From contig CAWJCS010000005.1 of the NCBI GenBank assembly GCA_963841435.1, positions 1,056,001 through 1,120,000 on the forward strand: 64,000 bases of DNA. Direction: 5' to 3'. Below, in pieces: positions 49,263-61,650 of the stretch. Numbering within the stretch: position 1 is the first letter of the stretch; each line of letters begins with the position of its first letter. Made by a program: the position numbers and the translations under genes. Source of the stretch: an uncultured delta proteobacterium (GTDB lineage: Bacteria; Myxococcota_A; Polyangia; Polyangiales; Polyangiaceae). The notes under the pieces were generated by a model. It had not been told where the DNA came from and did no database searches. It was given only the letters and a program-made list of their open reading frames with translations.

Positions 49263-49406
49263 GCCCTAGGGGTTTTCCTCCAACAACCCCCAATTCGCGC
49301 CCCTTTTTTGTGCTTCTTTCGCGCTTCCTTCGCCATTCGGCGCCCCGCCCGCGTGCCCCGACGAGGCGACCTCGACGCTGACCCCGTGGCGTGCTGTCAT
49401 TTCAAC

Positions 49407-49820
49407 GTGAGGTCACGCGCGCCCCGCCGACCGCCCGCCGTCCCGGCGTGGCTCCGCGCGCTCGCGGCATTGGCGCTCGCACTGATCGGCGGCGAGCACG
49501 TCTTGCCGTCACTGCACTACGCGCTCGTGCGGCACGAGGTGTGCCCCGAGCACGGTGAGCTCGTGCACGTCGGGGAGGTCCACCACACGACGGCACGGCA
49601 CGGCCGCTCGACCCACCTCGACCGTGGCTTCGCCGAGGGGAGCGAGCACGCGCACTGCGGTTCACTCCCCGCGTCACATCAGCGCGCCGGCACCGTAGCG
49701 GTCGCCGCGGGGCGTCCGCTTCCCACGCTGCCCGTCGTCGGTGTCGTCGCCGTCGAACAAGAGACCGGTCCGTCCGCTCGCGTCCTTTCGTTCGCCCCCA
49801 AGCAGTCGCCGCCCGCCTAG
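49407..49820 (+). CDS. His-rich exported small protein, DUF2946-like
   Basis: Hydrophobic N-terminus; HYALVRHEVCPEHGELVH, EHAHC; ends APKQSPPA. Confidence 0.7.
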   Translation: MRSRAPRRPPAVPAWLRALAALALALIGGEHVLPSLHYALVRHEVCPEHGELVHVGEVHHTTARHGRSTHLDRGFAEGSEHAHCGSLPASHQRAGTVAVAAGRPLPTLPVVGVVAVEQETGPSARVLSFAPKQSPPA

Positions 49821-49946
49821 CCGCGCGTCGTTCGCTCCGTTGCCGAGCTCTCGGGCCCAGGCCCTGACGAGCCGGCGCGCCGTGTGACGTCGTTCGTGCC
49901 TTTCATCGCTCGGAGCCGTGCTCCGAGCCTCGACTGCTGGGTCCCC

Positions 49947-51309
49947 ATGAAATTTCACCTCAATGCTTCGATCGTCGTCGCGCTCGCGGCGTGCGCGCGC
50001 CCCGCGTTCGCCGAGAGCGCGCCGCAGGACGACGTCTGGCCCGAGCCCGAAGGGCCGAGCCCCAAGCCCGCACCCGCGCTGCGACCGCCCGGCACGTTGC
50101 CGGCGAACGGGTCGCCTCCGGGGCCCGCCAACACCCCGCCGCCCTCCGACGATCTTTCGGATCTCGAGGCGGCGCTCGCTGCTGACCAGACCGAGGGCCC
50201 GCCACCGAGCGCGCCGGCGAGCGCGTCACTCCGGCGGAGGCGGCGTGCAATCGCTCAACCCCGATCTCTCGCTGATCCTCGACGCGGCGGCCGCGTGGTT
50301 CTCCGAGCCCGATCCACTCGAATCAGGCGATCACGACCCCGATCACACGGGGTTCGACTTCCTCGCGCTCGAGCTCTCCGCCGGAGCAGCGGTCGACCCC
50401 TACTTTCGCTTCGACGCCAACCTAGTGTTCGGACCGGACGGCGCCGAGGTCGAGGAAGCGTACGGCACGACGCTCGACCTGCCGCTCGGGCTGCAGGCGC
50501 GCTTCGGGCAAATGCTGAGCCGCTTCGGCCGCACCAACGCCACGCATCCGCACGCCTGGGACTTCGTCGATCAACCCTTCGCGCTCGGCAGACTGTTCGG
50601 CAGCGAGGGAAACCGCGGGCTCGGCCCCGAGCTCTCGTGGCTCACGCCGCTTCCCTGGTACGTCGAGCTCGTCGGCTTCGTCACGGAAGCGACGGGCGCG
50701 GACACGGCGCGAAGCTTCTACGGCGCGACCGATCACCGCGTGAGCTCGCTCGGCGACCTCCTGTCGGTCGCGGCCATCAAGCAGTTCTTCCCGCTCGGGG
50801 ACGACCTCTCGCTGTTCTTCGGCCTCTCCGGAGCGTTCGGCCCCAACGCCACGGGGCCCGGCAAACGCAGCGAAATCTACGGCGTCGACGCGTATCTGAA
50901 ATACCGCCCCATCAGCAGCGCGAGCGAGAGCGCAGGGTCCGTCAGCGTCGCGCTCACCAGCGAATGGATGTTTCGCCGTCGCGAGCTGCCGGGAGACGTG
51001 CTCGTGGACCTCAACGGCTACGCCCAGCTCGCGGCGCACGTGTCCAAGCGCTGGGGCATCGGCACGCGCTACGAGCTCGGCACGCCGAGCTACGGGCGCG
51101 ACGGCCACGTGTCGCTACGCGATCCGGTCGATCCCGACTGGACGGAGCGACGCGAGCGCATCGCAACCAACGTCACCTACTGGCCGACCGAATTCTCACG
51201 CTTCCGGCTGCAGGCATCGCGCGATCTGCCGGGGTTTCGCCCGCCGGCAAGCGCGCTGTTCTTCGCCGTGGAGCTCGTCACGGGCGCTCACGGTGCCCAC
51301 CCGTTCTGA
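49947..51309 (+). CDS. outer-membrane beta-barrel linked to zinc uptake, frameshift near 50229
   Basis: Signal peptide in the first frame; SLNPDLS, VDPYF, EEAY, HPHAWDFVD, EFSRFRLQ and terminal GAHGAHPF in the second. Confidence 0.8.
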
Positions 51310-51327
51310 TCCGTCGAGGACAATCCC

Positions 51328-52233
51328 ATGAAACACATCGTCGTCTTCCTGCTCACGCTGCTTTCGCTCTTCGTGACCGGCGCCGCACACGCGACGCTCA
51401 ATGTCGTGGCCACCACACCGGACCTGGCCTGCGTCGCCAAGGCGGTCGGCGGCTCACGCGTGAAGGTGACCGCGCTCGCCCTGCGCACGCAGGACCCGCA
51501 CTGGGTCGATGCGAAGCCGAGCCTCGCGCTGGAGCTCTCCAAGGCGGACCTCTTGGTGTTGACCGGAGCGGACCTCGAGATCGGCTGGTTGCCGGTTTTG
51601 CTCACGGGCAGCCGCAACGGCAAGATCCAGCGCGGCGCCCCCGGATACCTCGACGCCGCGACGCTCGTGAGCTTGCTCGAGGTACCGACCGGCAAAATCG
51701 ATCGGAGCATGGGGGACGTGCACCCGCTCGGGAACCCTCACTTCATGCTGGATCCACGGCGAGTCGAGCGCGTGGCCGTGGGCGTCGGCAAGCGCCTCGC
51801 CGAGCTCGACCCCGAGGGCCGCAGCACCTACCTCGAAGCCACGAAGCGCTTCGTCGCGGAGCTACGCGCGACCACCGCGGCACTCGGCGGGTCGATCCAG
51901 CGCCTCGAGGGAATGAAGATCGTGAGCTACCACCGCTCGCTGTCGTACCTCGCCGACTGGCTCGGCATGGTCGTGGTCGCGGAGCTCGAGCCGAGGCCCG
52001 GCATTCCGCCGAGCCCCAGCCACGTCGCTCAGGTGATCGAGCTCGCGCGGGCTCAAGGGGTCCGCGTGATCGCCCAGGAGAGCTGGTTCCCGACGAACGC
52101 GTCGAATGTCGTCGCCAGCAAGGTCGGTGCGCACCTGGCGCGACTGTCCGGCATGCCCGACTTCGCGGCGGGCCAGAGCTACGCCGCGTTCCTGCGCGAA
52201 ATCGTCGCACAGCTCAGAGGAGCGGGCGGGTAA
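51328..52233 (+). CDS. Zn/Mn ABC transporter substrate-binding protein (ZnuA-like)
   Basis: QDPH, GDVHPLGNPHFMLDP, YHRSLSY, PGIPPSPSH. Confidence 0.92.
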   Translation: MKHIVVFLLTLLSLFVTGAAHATLNVVATTPDLACVAKAVGGSRVKVTALALRTQDPHWVDAKPSLALELSKADLLVLTGADLEIGWLPVLLTGSRNGKIQRGAPGYLDAATLVSLLEVPTGKIDRSMGDVHPLGNPHFMLDPRRVERVAVGVGKRLAELDPEGRSTYLEATKRFVAELRATTAALGGSIQRLEGMKIVSYHRSLSYLADWLGMVVVAELEPRPGIPPSPSHVAQVIELARAQGVRVIAQESWFPTNASNVVASKVGAHLARLSGMPDFAAGQSYAAFLREIVAQLRGAGG

Positions 52234-52234
52234 C

Positions 52235-52990
52235 GTGCCCGGCGACGCGACGAACGGCGCCGGCGTGCGCCAGCCCCTGGTTCAGTGCCATGGGCTCGAG
52301 ATCGGCTTCGGCGAGCGCGCGCTGTTGCCCGCGTTCGACCTTTCGCTCGGACGGGGCGAGCTCTGGGTCGTGCTCGGGCGCAACGGCGCAGGAAAGACGG
52401 CCTTTTTGAAGACGATCCTCGGGCTTTGCCCGCCAGTCTCGGGCCGCGTCGAGCACCCGGGCGCGGGGTCGCTCCGGCTGTCCTACGCTTCGCAGCGAAG
52501 CGCCCTCGACGAGCTCTACCCGCTGACCGCCATCAACGTCGTAGCGCTCGGTGTCGAACGCGGCTGGTCGTTTCTCCGCCCGCGCTCGCGAAAGGAAGCG
52601 GCCCGCCGCGCGCTCTCGTTGCTCGACGCCGAACGGCTCGCCGAGCGACCGTATCGCCAGCTGTCGGAGGGCGAGCGCCAGCGCGTGCTTCTCGCGCGCA
52701 TCGCAGCCTCCGATGCCGAGCTCGCGTTCATGGACGAGCCGACCTCGGCGCTCGATCTCGTGGCGGAGCGCGCGGTCTTCCGCCTCATGCAGACTCTGAC
52801 GCGCGAGACCGGCGTCACGCTCGTCGTCGTGACCCATTCGGTGCGCTTTGCCATCGAATGCGCCGATCGCGCGCTCTTGCTCGACCGGGACACGCCCGCC
52901 GTCGTTTCGGGCACGCCGCGCGAGGTGCTCGCGCACGCCTCTTTCGAGCAAAGCTTCGGGACGACCATCGTGGAGCACCGCCATGTCTGA
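52235..52990 (+). CDS. metal ABC transporter ATPase (ZnuC-like)
   Basis: GRNGAGKT, LSEGERQR, MDEPT, VTH. Confidence 0.92.
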   Translation: MPGDATNGAGVRQPLVQCHGLEIGFGERALLPAFDLSLGRGELWVVLGRNGAGKTAFLKTILGLCPPVSGRVEHPGAGSLRLSYASQRSALDELYPLTAINVVALGVERGWSFLRPRSRKEAARRALSLLDAERLAERPYRQLSEGERQRVLLARIAASDAELAFMDEPTSALDLVAERAVFRLMQTLTRETGVTLVVVTHSVRFAIECADRALLLDRDTPAVVSGTPREVLAHASFEQSFGTTIVEHRHV

Positions 52991-53993
52991 CGGCACTCGG
53001 GCAAGCGCGGCGCCGGCCGCGCCCGCGTCTGGCGGCGACGACTTCGACGCCATCCTCGCGGCGCCGCCCCCATCGACAGGCGCCCGTGAACGCCCGGGGC
53101 TGGCCGCCCAGCGGGCAAAGGTCGGGGAGCCGGCAGCACCCGCTGCACGCGCCTTCGTCGAGGCGGCGCCGAGCCTGCGCGACTTCGCGGAGCATTGGGA
53201 TCTGTATCGCGACCCCGTGCTCTCCGGCACGCTCGCGGGGCTCGGGCTCGGGCTGCTCGGCGTGTTCGTCGTGCTGCGCCGCGCGGTGTTCGTCACGGCC
53301 GCGATGAGTCAGGCGGCCGGGCTCGGTGTGGCGCTCTCGTTCTTCCTCGCCATCCACGCCGGGCTCGAGGTGCCGCCCGTCGTCGTGGCGCTGCTCTTGA
53401 GCTTGCTCGTCGCGGCGAGCCTCGGGCGCTTTGGTCGCGCTCCCCGGGAGCTCGTCGTGGGTTTCGCGTACCTGGCCGCATCGGCGCTCGCCGTGCTGGT
53501 GGGCGCCGGCATCGGCCAGGAAGCGCACGACATCGCCGCCATCCTGTTCGGGACGGCCGTGCTCGTGCGACCCGAGGACGTGGCGCTCGTCGGCGCGGTG
53601 GGTGCCCTGACGGTCGCGTTCACGGTGGTCGCACGCCGCGGCCTCTTGTTCTCCGGTTTCGATCCCGACGGAGCTCGCGTGCAAGGTGTGCCGGTGCGCA
53701 CGCTCGAGCTCGGATTGTGGACGTTGCTTGCCGCGGAGGTGGCCGTCACGACGCGCGCGCTGGGTGCGCTGCCCGTGTTCGCGTTCGCGATATTGCCGGC
53801 CGTGGGGGCACTGTTCGCCGCTCGGCGCGCGCATGAGGCGCTCATCGTCGCCGCGCTGCTCGGGGCCATCTCGGGCGGCGCGGGGTACCTTGCGGCCTTC
53901 GTGCTCGATCTCCCCGTGGGCGCGGCGCAGGCGACGGTCGCGGTGGTCGGGGCGCTCTTGCTCGGCGCCGCCGGCAGGCTGCGCCGCGCCTGA
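52983..53993 (+). CDS. metal ABC transporter permease (ZnuB-like)
   Basis: GVFVVLRR, ILFG, FDP.GA..G, LDLPVGA; multi-TM. Confidence 0.9.
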   Translation: MSDGTRASAAPAAPASGGDDFDAILAAPPPSTGARERPGLAAQRAKVGEPAAPAARAFVEAAPSLRDFAEHWDLYRDPVLSGTLAGLGLGLLGVFVVLRRAVFVTAAMSQAAGLGVALSFFLAIHAGLEVPPVVVALLLSLLVAASLGRFGRAPRELVVGFAYLAASALAVLVGAGIGQEAHDIAAILFGTAVLVRPEDVALVGAVGALTVAFTVVARRGLLFSGFDPDGARVQGVPVRTLELGLWTLLAAEVAVTTRALGALPVFAFAILPAVGALFAARRAHEALIVAALLGAISGGAGYLAAFVLDLPVGAAQATVAVVGALLLGAAGRLRRA

Positions 53994-54001
53994 CGCGACG
54001 C

Positions 54002-55120
<1,119 letters not shown>

Positions 55121-55138
55121 TGCCCGAGCTCGCCCTGG

Positions 55139-55585
55139 CTAGGCCTCGGTGGGCGAGGCCATGCACTGCTTGACGGCCGCCGAGAGGTCAGCAAGCGAAA
55201 AGGGCTTGGCGAGGAGCCGAGCCCCGAGCGCCGTCACCCGTTGCTCGAGCACGGTATCGGGGAATGCCGTCATCACGATCAGCTTCGAGCCGAGCCGATT
55301 TTGTCGCCACGCCTCGACAACGTCGAGGCCGTTGTACGCGGGCATGTACACGTCGGCGACGACCAGCGTCGGCTCGGTTCGTGACGAGGCGGAATGTGCT
55401 TCGAGGGCCCAGAACAGCTCCCGCCCGTCGCTGACCTCCTCGACCTCGAAGCCCATCATCGAGAGCGCCAGGCGCAGCGTCCAGCGCTGCTCGGCGGAGT
55501 CATCGGCGAGCAGGACGGTGGGGCGAACGGCCGCACTCCGAAAGCGATCGCGACTCGGCGAGGATTCTTGAAAATCTGGAGCCAT
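55139..55585 (-). CDS. single-domain response regulator
   Basis: LLADD, ADVYMP..NG, MTA, KPF. Confidence 0.88.
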   Translation of the reverse strand: MAPDFQESSPSRDRFRSAAVRPTVLLADDSAEQRWTLRLALSMMGFEVEEVSDGRELFWALEAHSASSRTEPTLVVADVYMPAYNGLDVVEAWRQNRLGSKLIVMTAFPDTVLEQRVTALGARLLAKPFSLADLSAAVKQCMASPTEA

Positions 55586-55661
55586 GCGAGAACAACTTTT
55601 CTTTGTGAGCGAGTATTCCGATCTGCGGCGACGTTCCTCTCCGAAATAAATGCGCTTTGAA

Positions 55662-55677
55662 GGCAAGCTGCCTGCCG
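55662..55677 (-). promoter_or_regulatory. sigma54 promoter for the regulator-kinase pair
   Basis: CGGCAGGCAGCTTGCC = GG-N10-GC with TTGC. Confidence 0.55.
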
Positions 55678-55696
55678 AGGAAACAGCTCGGGAACC

Positions 55697-56581
55697 ATGT
55701 CGTTAATGCTCGTCTCCTCGCGGGTCGGCTCACGCTGGCAACTTGCAGTCGCAGCGTGCACGACTCTTTTGACCGCGTGCGGCGCCTCCGTCGACACCGT
55801 GCCTCCGCCTTTCGACTACGGCATGCCGTCCGGGTCAACCTCGGTCGGTGCGGCCGCGGGCGCGGGCGGAGCGGGCGGAGCGTCGGCGGGCGCGGGCGGC
55901 GTCTCGGGAGCGGCGGGGAATTTTTCAGCCGCAGCCGCAGCGGGCCTGGGCGGAGGGGGCGTGAGCGGCAGCGGCGGGCTCGGCGGAGCAGGCTATGCGG
56001 GGGTCGCCGGCTCCAGCGGCCTATCGAACGGCGGGCTCGGCGCGGCGGCGGGTAGCGCCGGCCTGGGGTCGAGTGGCGCGGGATTCGGCGGCAACGCGGG
56101 ATTCGGCGGCAACGCGGGATTCGGCGGCAACGCGGGATTCAGCGGCTCTGCGGGTTTTGGTGGGCCCACGGGCGGCGCCGGCCTCGGCGCGGGTGGGATC
56201 GGCGGTGCCGGCGCGGGGGCAGGTGGCGCGTCGGGCGCGAGCGGTGCCGGCGGCGCGACCGTGACGTTCGCCGAGGTCGCCGCGATCGTCGCGGCCAATT
56301 GTGCAACGACCACGTGCCACGGCGGCCGCGAGCGACCGAGCTTGCTCAACACACCGGCCCTCTACAATACGCTCACCGCGACGGTCGTGCGCCAGTGCGG
56401 CAGCATGCAGCTCGTCAAGCCGGGCGACGCCGCGAACAGCGCAATCATGGCGCTGCCTGCCCGTCAGTGCGGCACCTTCGTGATGCCCGAGGACTGCACG
56501 CCGGGTCAGAACCCCTGTCTTTCCGCCGCCGACATGGCGACGATCCAAGCTTGGATTGCGGCCGGGGCACCGAACCCGTAG
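55697..56581 (+). CDS. lipoprotein with Gly-rich linker and cytochrome c-like domain (CX4CH)
   Basis: LTAC lipobox; CATTTCH, VKPGD...S, MP, IQAWIAAGA. Confidence 0.75.
   Translation: MSLMLVSSRVGSRWQLAVAACTTLLTACGASVDTVPPPFDYGMPSGSTSVGAAAGAGGAGGASAGAGGVSGAAGNFSAAAAAGLGGGGVSGSGGLGGAGYAGVAGSSGLSNGGLGAAAGSAGLGSSGAGFGGNAGFGGNAGFGGNAGFSGSAGFGGPTGGAGLGAGGIGGAGAGAGGASGASGAGGATVTFAEVAAIVAANCATTTCHGGRERPSLLNTPALYNTLTATVVRQCGSMQLVKPGDAANSAIMALPARQCGTFVMPEDCTPGQNPCLSAADMATIQAWIAAGAPNP
56077..56146. repeat. 18-bp coding tandem repeat, ~4 copies (AGFGGN)
   Basis: CGCGGGATTCGGCGGCAA x3 plus a degenerate copy. Confidence 0.9.
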
Positions 56582-56691
56582 CGCACGCCCTCGGTGGAAC
56601 GGCGCGCCTCGATTCCTCATTTCGGCGATGGACCGAGGTCGCCTCAACCTGCTCCTGCCAAAGTCTGGCGGAGTAGGACTAGTCTCGCCGG

Positions 56692-56910
56692 GTGTCATTC
56701 GAGCCAGCGTCGCTGTTCGCCTCCTTTGCGGTGTCGGGCCTCGGCTTCGTGCTTTTCACCTACGGCAAGCGCATGGGTCGCCCGCCCCACCTGCTCGGCG
56801 GCATCGCGCTGATGATCTTCCCCTATTTCGTAGCGAGCGTCGGCTGGATGCTCGGCATCGCCGCGCTCCTTTCGGCGCTCGTCTGGCTCGGTTCGCGCGC
56901 CGGGCTGTGA
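56692..56910 (+). CDS. small membrane protein
   Basis: Three hydrophobic segments; YGKR and FPYFV motifs. Confidence 0.65.
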   Translation: MSFEPASLFASFAVSGLGFVLFTYGKRMGRPPHLLGGIALMIFPYFVASVGWMLGIAALLSALVWLGSRAGL

Positions 56911-56926
56911 CGCCGACCGGGGCGGC

Positions 56927-58505
56927 TCAGGGGGCGTGCGCTTCCATCTCGCTCGCTGCGAGCAGGATCGCGCAGAGACCGTGCGGCGAGTTCGTGAGCA
57001 GCGGCAGCTGGTTCAAGTAGGCGGCATAGTTGTCCTGCACCCCCATGCCGTGAACGGCTGCCGTGATGTTCGGTCGATTCTGGCCATCCTCGGTGACCTT
57101 GGTCTTCAACCCTTGCCAACCCTTGTCGGCGACGTCGAGGTAGGAGGCGTCGAGGTAGCCGCGCACGACACCTAGCTCGAGGGCGTAGACGAACATGCCG
57201 CTGCCCGACGACTCCAAGAAATCGTTCGTATCGCTGCCCTTGTCGACGACCTGGTGCCACAGCCCGGTCGCCGAGTCCTGAGTGTTCTCGAGGCCCTGCG
57301 CGAGGTCGACGAGCATCGTCAGCATCTCGTCGCGACGCGCCGTGCTCGTAGGCAGGTCGGCGAGGGTGTCGACCAGCGCCATCGCGTACCAACCGAGGGC
57401 TCGCCCCCAGATCTCGGGCGAGCGACCCGTCGTGGGATCGGCCCAAGTCGCCTTCTGACCCGACGTGGTGCCGTCCCACGCGTGATAGAGAAGGCCCGTC
57501 TGGGTATCCCGCACGTGCTTTGCGATCAGCAGCGTCTGCTCGACCACCGTGTCCGCGCAAAAGCTCCCACAGGTGCCAATCACGGCGCCGTAGCGGGCGA
57601 GGAACGGCTCGCCCATGTAGATGCTGTCGAGCCACATCTGGTTCGGGTAGGTCTGCTTGTGCCAGAAGCCTCCCTCCGAGTTGCGCGGAAAACCGTCGTA
57701 GAGGGCGCGCACGTTGTCGGCGGCCGTCTTGTACTTTTGGGCGCCCGTCTCGGCGTAAAGGAAGGGCAGGAGCACCGACGGCTGGATGTTGTCGAGGCTG
57801 TAGCCACTCGTGATCGTGATGGCACCTTGTGCGTTCACGAAGTTATCGACGTAGGCCCGAATGTAGTCGAGGTACTTTTGCGCGCGCGTGTAGCGGTAGA
57901 CCTGCTCCATCCCACGCAGCACGATGCCGTGGTTGTACTCGAAGCCCTGACTGGTGGTGATGTTCGACCGGATTGGGTGCGCGCGCGATGATGGCGTCGG
58001 CGAATCGCACCGCAAGCGAGCTCGTGTCGAGCACGCGCGTGTCGGCGGGCATGCCCGCCGCGCCCGAGGCTCCGCCGTCACCGGCAGCACCCGCCCCGCC
58101 CGAAGCGCCCGCTCCGCCGGCCGTGCCACCGCCCGAAAGATCGCCCGCGGATCCACCTGCCCCACCATCACCGGCACCTCCACCCGCAGCGCCGCCCCCA
58201 GCGCCGAGTCCGGCCGCACCGCCCTCTCCCCCCGCGGAAGCTCCCGCCGCGGAAGCTCCCGCTGCGGAAGCTCCCGCTGCGGGCGTACCCCCCGTTCCGG
58301 TTCCGGCTGCGCCTACCCCTCCCGTCGTGGCGCCGGTCCCCGCAGCACCCCCCTGGGGGCTCGCCCCCGCTGCGCCGGAGGTGGCTGCAGTCGCTGCGCC
58401 TCCGGCCACGGCTGAATCGTCACCGGTGCAAGCGGGGCTCAGTGTTCCGAAGAGGAAGCACGCGGCGAGCCACGGAGCTCCCACCCAGCGAATACCCGAG
58501 CTCAT
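56927..58505 (-). CDS. GH105/GH88 unsaturated glycuronyl hydrolase lipoprotein, frameshift near 57975
   Basis: SLDNI, GGFWHK.TYPNQMWLDSIYM, LLYHAWD, WGRALGW, ESSGSGM; signal and linker are in the 57843..58556 frame. Confidence 0.88.
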
Positions 58506-58698
58506 TTCCGCCTCGTCCAAGCTGCATGGATAGTTGCCAGGGGCCGCGCGGGGCAATCACGAACCGTCGGAGCGGACGGCGCCGCGCGTCCAAGTGCCGC
58601 GACGTTTTCCCCGCGCCTATCGCCAGGAAGCCCCAAAGCCCGCTTGGCGCGGCTGGCCGGAGTTTGGGCGCCCTGGGGAGCGTGATAGGGTCGAATGG

Positions 58699-59103
58699 AT
58701 GCCGAGCACGGACAGGCTCCGCGTGCTGATCGTCGACGACGACGCAACGGCCGTCATGACCGCGTCGGCGCTGCTCGAGGACGAGGGGCATACCGTCACC
58801 TCGCGCACCGAGGTTTTCGGGACGCTGGCGGTGGCGGTCCGCGAGCAGCCCGACGTGATTCTGATCGACATCGGCATGCCCGGCTTGCGCGGGGACCACC
58901 TGGCTCGCTTGATGTTCTCGGAGCAGCGCCTCCAGGGCACGTCCCTGGTTTTGCACTCGTCGCTGCCGGAGGCCCAGCTCTCCAAGCTCGCGAAGGAATG
59001 CGGTGCCACGGGCTTCATCGTGAAGACGGCCGACGGCCAAGAATTCTTGCGCGCTTTCCACACCCTGCTGTCGCGCCACACCGCTCGCCCCCAGAGTCGC
59101 TAG
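58699..59103 (+). CDS. single-domain response regulator
   Basis: [21 protein letters not shown]. Confidence 0.88.
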   Translation: MPSTDRLRVLIVDDDATAVMTASALLEDEGHTVTSRTEVFGTLAVAVREQPDVILIDIGMPGLRGDHLARLMFSEQRLQGTSLVLHSSLPEAQLSKLAKECGATGFIVKTADGQEFLRAFHTLLSRHTARPQSR

Positions 59104-61556
59104 CCACCCTGGGCGAGGCGCTCGAGCTCGCGTCGTGCCCGGGCGAGCTCGTCCGCCACCCGCGCCACGGCGGGGCCAGCGCCCTCGATCGCGCCCGCGC
59201 CCGCGCTGCGCTCGAGCTCCTCGCAGAGGGCGCTGAGCGGCTTGGCACCAAGGTTTCGGCTGCTGCCCTTCAACGCATGCGCGGCCTGCCGCAACCGCTC
59301 CGCGTCGCCTTGGCCCGCCGCCTCTCGCAGCGTCAACACCAGGCCGTCGGCGTCCGACGAGAACCGCGCCACGAGCTCGCGCACGAAGTTGGGCCGCGCC
59401 GGCGTCTGCAGGCGGAAGAGCTCGGCCGCGCGCGCCGGATCGACGGCCACGCGCGCCGGATCGACGGCCACGCGCTCGCGTTCCCCCGCGCACCAGCGCC
59501 TGAGCGCCACCTTCAGCGACTCGAGGTCGATCGGCTTGGCGAGCACGTCGTCCATCCCGGACGCGAGCGCCTCGGCGCGCACTTCCTGCGGCGTCCCCGC
59601 CGTCACGGCAAGAATGGGCACCCGGGCACGCCCCGAGCGCCCTTCGACTTCCCGCATGCGCCGAGCCGCTCCGTAGCCGTCGAGCTCGGGCATGTGGCAG
59701 TCCATGAGCACCGTGCAGTAAGGGCCGCCGGCCTCGAACGCTTGCACGACCTCGACACCGTTGCGACAAAGCTCGAGGGTGTAACCGAGCTCGTCGAGAA
59801 GCGCGCGCAACACCTCCTGATTGGTCGGGTTGTCCTCGGCGGCGAGCACCGTGCCGCGCGGCCCCGGCAGCGACAATCGATCGCGCCCCGACAAAAGCGG
59901 TGCGTGCGACGGTCGCCCCGCATTGCCCACGAGCTTGTGCAGTGCGCGCAGGAGCGCGCCGCGGCGCACGGGCTTCACGATCACCTCGATGCCAGGGTCG
60001 GCAGATTCCTCGAAGTCCTGAGCACGCACCAACAGCGCGATGCCGAGCTCCGAGAACCGCTCGCGTAGCGTCGAGGCAAGCTCCAGGCTCACCCCCGGCA
60101 CGTCAACGTCCAGCACGGCGGCATCGAAGGCACCGGCGCGCTCGAGCGCCGCTGCGACGCCAGCGCCCGCGTCGAGCGTCTCCTGCTCCACGCCCAACCC
60201 ACCGAGCGTGGACACGAGCTCGCCCCGATACGCGCTCGACACGAGGATCGCCACACGGGAGCCCGAGAGCTCGCGGCGTAGATCCACCGGCGGCTCGATC
60301 ACGTCGGTCTCGAGCTCGAACGAGAACTCGCTGCCGCGGCCCGTGTCGCTGTCCACCTCGATGCGCCCGCCCATACGGCGCACGAGCTCCTGGCTGATGG
60401 ACAGCCCGAGACCGGTCCCGCCGTAGCTCCTCGAGGAGTCGGCCACCTGATAAAACGACTGGAACAGACGAGCCTGAGCGCCCTTGGAGATGCCGATGCC
60501 GGTGTCGCGAACGCCGAACCGCACTCGGCAGCGCTCGGCCGTGCTCTCGATGACGCTCGCCGACAGGCAGATTTCCCCTTCGCTCGTGAACTTGGTCGCG
60601 TTGCCGAGGAGATTCGAGAACACCTGAAGCAGGCGCTGCGCGTCGCCGCGCACCGCCGCCGGCAAGCGCGAGTCGATGCTCGTGAAGAGCTCCACGCCCG
60701 GACGCACCTGCGTGGCAGCGAGCTCCGCGGCATCCTCGAGCACGTCGACGGGATCGACACGCTCTGATTTCAGCTCGAGCTCCCCAGCCTCGATCTTGGA
60801 AAGATCCAGGATGTCGTTGATCACACCGAGCAGGTGCTTGCCGGAACGCTGGACCGTTCGCACGAGCGATCGCTGCCGCGCCGCGAGATCGGTCCTCAGC
60901 AAGAGGTTGACGATACCGAGCACGCCATTGAGCGGCGTGCGGATCTCGTGGCTCGCGCGAGCCACGAACTCGCCCTTGGCCCTGCTGGCCGCTTCGGCTC
61001 GCTCGCGGGCGAGCTCGGTCCGGTGGTGTCGCTGCGAGAGCACGACGATCCAGAATGCAACGCCGGCGCCCAGGCCCGTGATGCCGAGCGCGATCTGCAA
61101 CGCCGTGCGACGGTTCTCCCGACTCTGCGCGCGAATGCCCTCTTCGGAATAGCCCACGACGACGGAGGGAAACTCCGACGCTGGCCGGACCGGCGCGACC
61201 ACGTGCAGGTCGCCGCCCTCGTCGAGGAGCGTCGTGCGCGGGGCGCCGCGCAGCGCGCCGAGCGGCTTTCCACTGCGCCGGATGGCCTCGAACAGGGCGC
61301 CGTCCGCGTCGAACACCGCCACGTAGGTCAGTCCCCGGTCGCGCGCTGCGCCCGTCAGGTACTCGCGCACGACCGCGTGGTCGTCGAACTCGAGGGCCGC
61401 TCCCACGCTGTACGCCGTGAGCTCCGCCACCGCGACCGCCTTGGCCTCGAGCGAATCGCGGAGTGCGCGCTCGCTCCGCCCCGGAAAATACAAGAACTCG
61501 AGAAGTGCGAGGCTCGCAAAGGCGGCCGAGATCAGGAGAAAGACGACGAGCCGCAT
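59100..61556 (-). CDS. hybrid sensor kinase (periplasmic sensor, HisKA, HATPase, REC-like, REC, Hpt)
   Basis: [49 protein letters not shown]. Confidence 0.94.
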   Translation of the reverse strand: MRLVVFLLISAAFASLALLEFLYFPGRSERALRDSLEAKAVAVAELTAYSVGAALEFDDHAVVREYLTGAARDRGLTYVAVFDADGALFEAIRRSGKPLGALRGAPRTTLLDEGGDLHVVAPVRPASEFPSVVVGYSEEGIRAQSRENRRTALQIALGITGLGAGVAFWIVVLSQRHHRTELARERAEAASRAKGEFVARASHEIRTPLNGVLGIVNLLLRTDLAARQRSLVRTVQRSGKHLLGVINDILDLSKIEAGELELKSERVDPVDVLEDAAELAATQVRPGVELFTSIDSRLPAAVRGDAQRLLQVFSNLLGNATKFTSEGEICLSASVIESTAERCRVRFGVRDTGIGISKGAQARLFQSFYQVADSSRSYGGTGLGLSISQELVRRMGGRIEVDSDTGRGSEFSFELETDVIEPPVDLRRELSGSRVAILVSSAYRGELVSTLGGLGVEQETLDAGAGVAAALERAGAFDAAVLDVDVPGVSLELASTLRERFSELGIALLVRAQDFEESADPGIEVIVKPVRRGALLRALHKLVGNAGRPSHAPLLSGRDRLSLPGPRGTVLAAEDNPTNQEVLRALLDELGYTLELCRNGVEVVQAFEAGGPYCTVLMDCHMPELDGYGAARRMREVEGRSGRARVPILAVTAGTPQEVRAEALASGMDDVLAKPIDLESLKVALRRWCAGERERVAVDPARVAVDPARAAELFRLQTPARPNFVRELVARFSSDADGLVLTLREAAGQGDAERLRQAAHALKGSSRNLGAKPLSALCEELERSAGAGAIEGAGPAVARVADELARARRELERLAQGG
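59429..59475. repeat. 21-bp exact tandem duplication in the REC-Hpt linker (RVAVDPA x2)
   Basis: CGCGCGCCGGATCGACGGCCA occurs twice. Confidence 0.9.
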
Positions 61557-61650
61557 GCGAGCCCCACGCGGGGTAAAGCGATGCTACTCCGAGCGCCCCG
61601 CGGCGGACAGGCCGCCGCGCTCTAGCCCCAAAGGACTGCCAAAGTCGAGC

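Noticed and set aside
49884-52409. 841-aa ORF across the zinc operon
   Set aside because: Only the first ~95 codons from 49947 are real; the rest is off-frame over two recognisable genes
58523-58539. sigma54-like TGGCAACTATCCATGC upstream of the GH105 gene
   Set aside because: GG-to-GC spacing is 11, not 10
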